A DNA stretch of 64,000 bases from Podarcis liolepis (Eukaryota), in the NCBI GenBank assembly GCA_965112155.1, contig OZ218109.1; one strand, written 5' to 3'. Numbering within the stretch: position 1 is the stretch's first letter; every line of letters begins with the position of its first letter. Under the pieces are notes generated by a model. That model had not been told where the DNA came from. It did no database searches and was given only the letters and a program-made list of their open reading frames with translations. Positions 62,095 to 64,000 of the stretch are shown piece after piece. The position numbers and the translations under genes are program-made.

Positions 62095-63080
62095 TTGTAA
62101 CTCTATCAAAAAAAGAGATGAGATTCATCTGGTATGACTTGTTTTTGAAAAACCCATGCTGGGTCTTAGTAATCACAGCTTCCTTTCCTAACTAAAGGGA
62201 AGTCTTCTTTCTACACATAACTGTTAGTCTCTTTCTGCATAAAACTGCTCCATTTTGGGGAAGTTTTGCTCCTCTTTTTTCTTGCTTTTAAGAAGTCTTG
62301 CTCATAGGTTTTTCCCTGCTTTTGCACACACTGTTACGAACCTGCTCTTCACGCCTAGCTGACCACATCCACAGAACTTGATTGTTACATTGTCTCATGC
62401 TATGATCAATCATTAAGTAACAGACATCCCAAGCTCACGGAAAACAAACTGTACTTGCTCTCCATGCCTAGCTGACCATATCTACAGAACCTGATTGTTA
62501 TATTGTTTGTGCCAATTAATCCCTAGTTACAGTTCAGTTAGGAGGCTTCATTTCTCAGCCTTCTCTCCATCAATGATAAATGATCACATGTAATCCCCAC
62601 CTTTAAGATGTAATTCCCGCCTTAGTACTTATGTTAACCAATTACAAGTTTCTGTGTGTATGTATCAACCAATCAGCCACAGGCACACCTTTGGCAATGC
62701 TTGTAATATTCAATAAAACAGGCTCCCAGGGTCCGCCCTGGACAGACGCCTAGCTACACCTGCCTCTCTCGTCTCCCATGATTTTTCATTTCTACATCTG
62801 GTGACCCCGACCAGGCAGCTACACCTGCCTCTCTCGTCTCCCATGATTTTTCATTTCTACACCTAACTTCTCACAGACTGACTGTTGAATGATCTGTTCC
62901 TGGTACTGATGTCAAGCTGATCGGTTGGTAGTTACCTGGATCTTCTTTCCCCCACTTTTGAAGATGGGGACAAGATTTGCTCACCTCCAGTCCTTCAGGG
63001 ACCTCACCTGTTCTCCAAGAATTCTCAAAGATTATACACAGAAGCTCTGAGATTACACCTGCAAGCTCCTTCAGTAGCAC
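62095..63080 (-). mobile_element. CR1 RT fragment split by an ERV insertion
   Basis: Minus strand reads LKELAGVISELLCIIFENSWRTGEVPE..KEDPGNYQPISLTSVPG and, beyond the ERV, VITKTQHGFFKNKSYQMNLISFFDRV. Confidence 0.9.
62193..62861 (+). mobile_element. Endogenous retrovirus remnant: 5' LTR, partial tRNA-Trp PBS and last 45 bp of the 3' LTR
   Basis: 6-bp TSD CCTAAC (62187-62192, 62862-62867); AATAAA at 62712; LTR end TTTCTACA at 62796; PBS TGGTGACCCCGAC at 62799-62811; identical 45-bp repeat at 62752-62796 and 62817-62861. Confidence 0.85.
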
Positions 63081-64000
63081 CTGTTGCTCTGGTTATGGGT
63101 TTCATAGAGACATCTAGTTGGCCACTATGAGAAACAAGAAGTTGGACTAGTAGACATTTTGCCCAATCCATCAGGATCCAAGTCAGCCAATATTGTCCTT
63201 TCCAGAAGTTCCATCACCCCTGATCATTGGTCATGTTTGCTGGGGCTGATGGGAGTTGAATAACATGAAGATCAGGCTGTGGTTTAGCTTAAATAACATA
63301 AAAGCAGCACGGTCTTTTTTATTGTTCTCTGAGCCTCGTGCATGTATGATATGTATGAGTGAGTATGTACTTGCTCTTTTTCGTTGGTTTTGTCTCCTAC
63401 AAAAGGCAGTTGTTAGTGTCGTTATTTTAATGTATTTCTGGTTTGTAAGCTGCTTTGGGCATGGAAGGAAGAACATCATTTATCTGAACTCCAGCTTCTT
63501 ATGCCAGCAGGACCCCTTTGAAAATTTCTTGGGCTGATGGATGGTATCTACCCTCTAAGATCTGCATCTTTGTTTCTGTCGAAGATTGATTGTTAGCAGC
63601 AGAAGCCATGTTATTATTGCCTGCAAGAGTTCGAGATCCTTTTGTCTGTCTCCCTGCCTTGCCATTCTGTTGGGTAGTTTGCATAGAGAGAGCATGAACT
63701 GCTGATTTAGGGATGGAACTGGCAATTAGTGAAGCTGGCTATAGCTTTGTTGTTGTTTTTTGACAAGGCTGAGGAGTTAAAGGATGACGGACACAGCAAA
63801 GTGGGAGGGAAGGCATCAGAATCTGCCTAAGCAGCACAGGAGCTGTTATTCAATAAATGCCCATTTTAGTCTGGGTTCTGCAGTCAAGTGTGAAGGAAGT
63901 TCATCTGTAATTAATAACCATGAAAAGAAATACATATGGGTAAACTCCAGCTCCCAGAGGAAAAGATGGAGAGTGTTCTGAAAAATCAGGATGATGACCC

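Overview
This is vertebrate DNA, almost certainly from a squamate and probably a lacertid lizard: it carries a Sauria SINE, a Squam3-like SINE and a tRNA-Ile/CR1-tail SINE. I could not identify any host protein-coding exon, so the window reads as a large intron or intergenic region with three assembly gaps. It is dense in transposable elements: RTE, L1-like, L2 and CR1 LINE fragments, several SINE families, many hAT and Tc1/mariner-pogo MITEs with readable TIRs and target-site duplications (TSDs), Gypsy-like LTRs, a Penelope-like element and a class II-like ERV remnant. Five observations stand out. (1) An LTR at 1920-2471 encodes an intact 105-aa acidic peptide ending in an HMGN-like RRSARL motif, and a second LTR family shows a similar but decayed frame. 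(2) A minimal hammerhead ribozyme lies in a TSD-bounded Penelope-like insertion (39653-40279). (3) A collapsed provirus has a tRNA-Trp primer-binding site and a 6-bp TSD, both alpharetrovirus-like (62193-62861). (4) A 'half-L1'-like element lies at 2516-3439. (5) Several insertions are nested. Family names come from recalled motifs, not from database searches.
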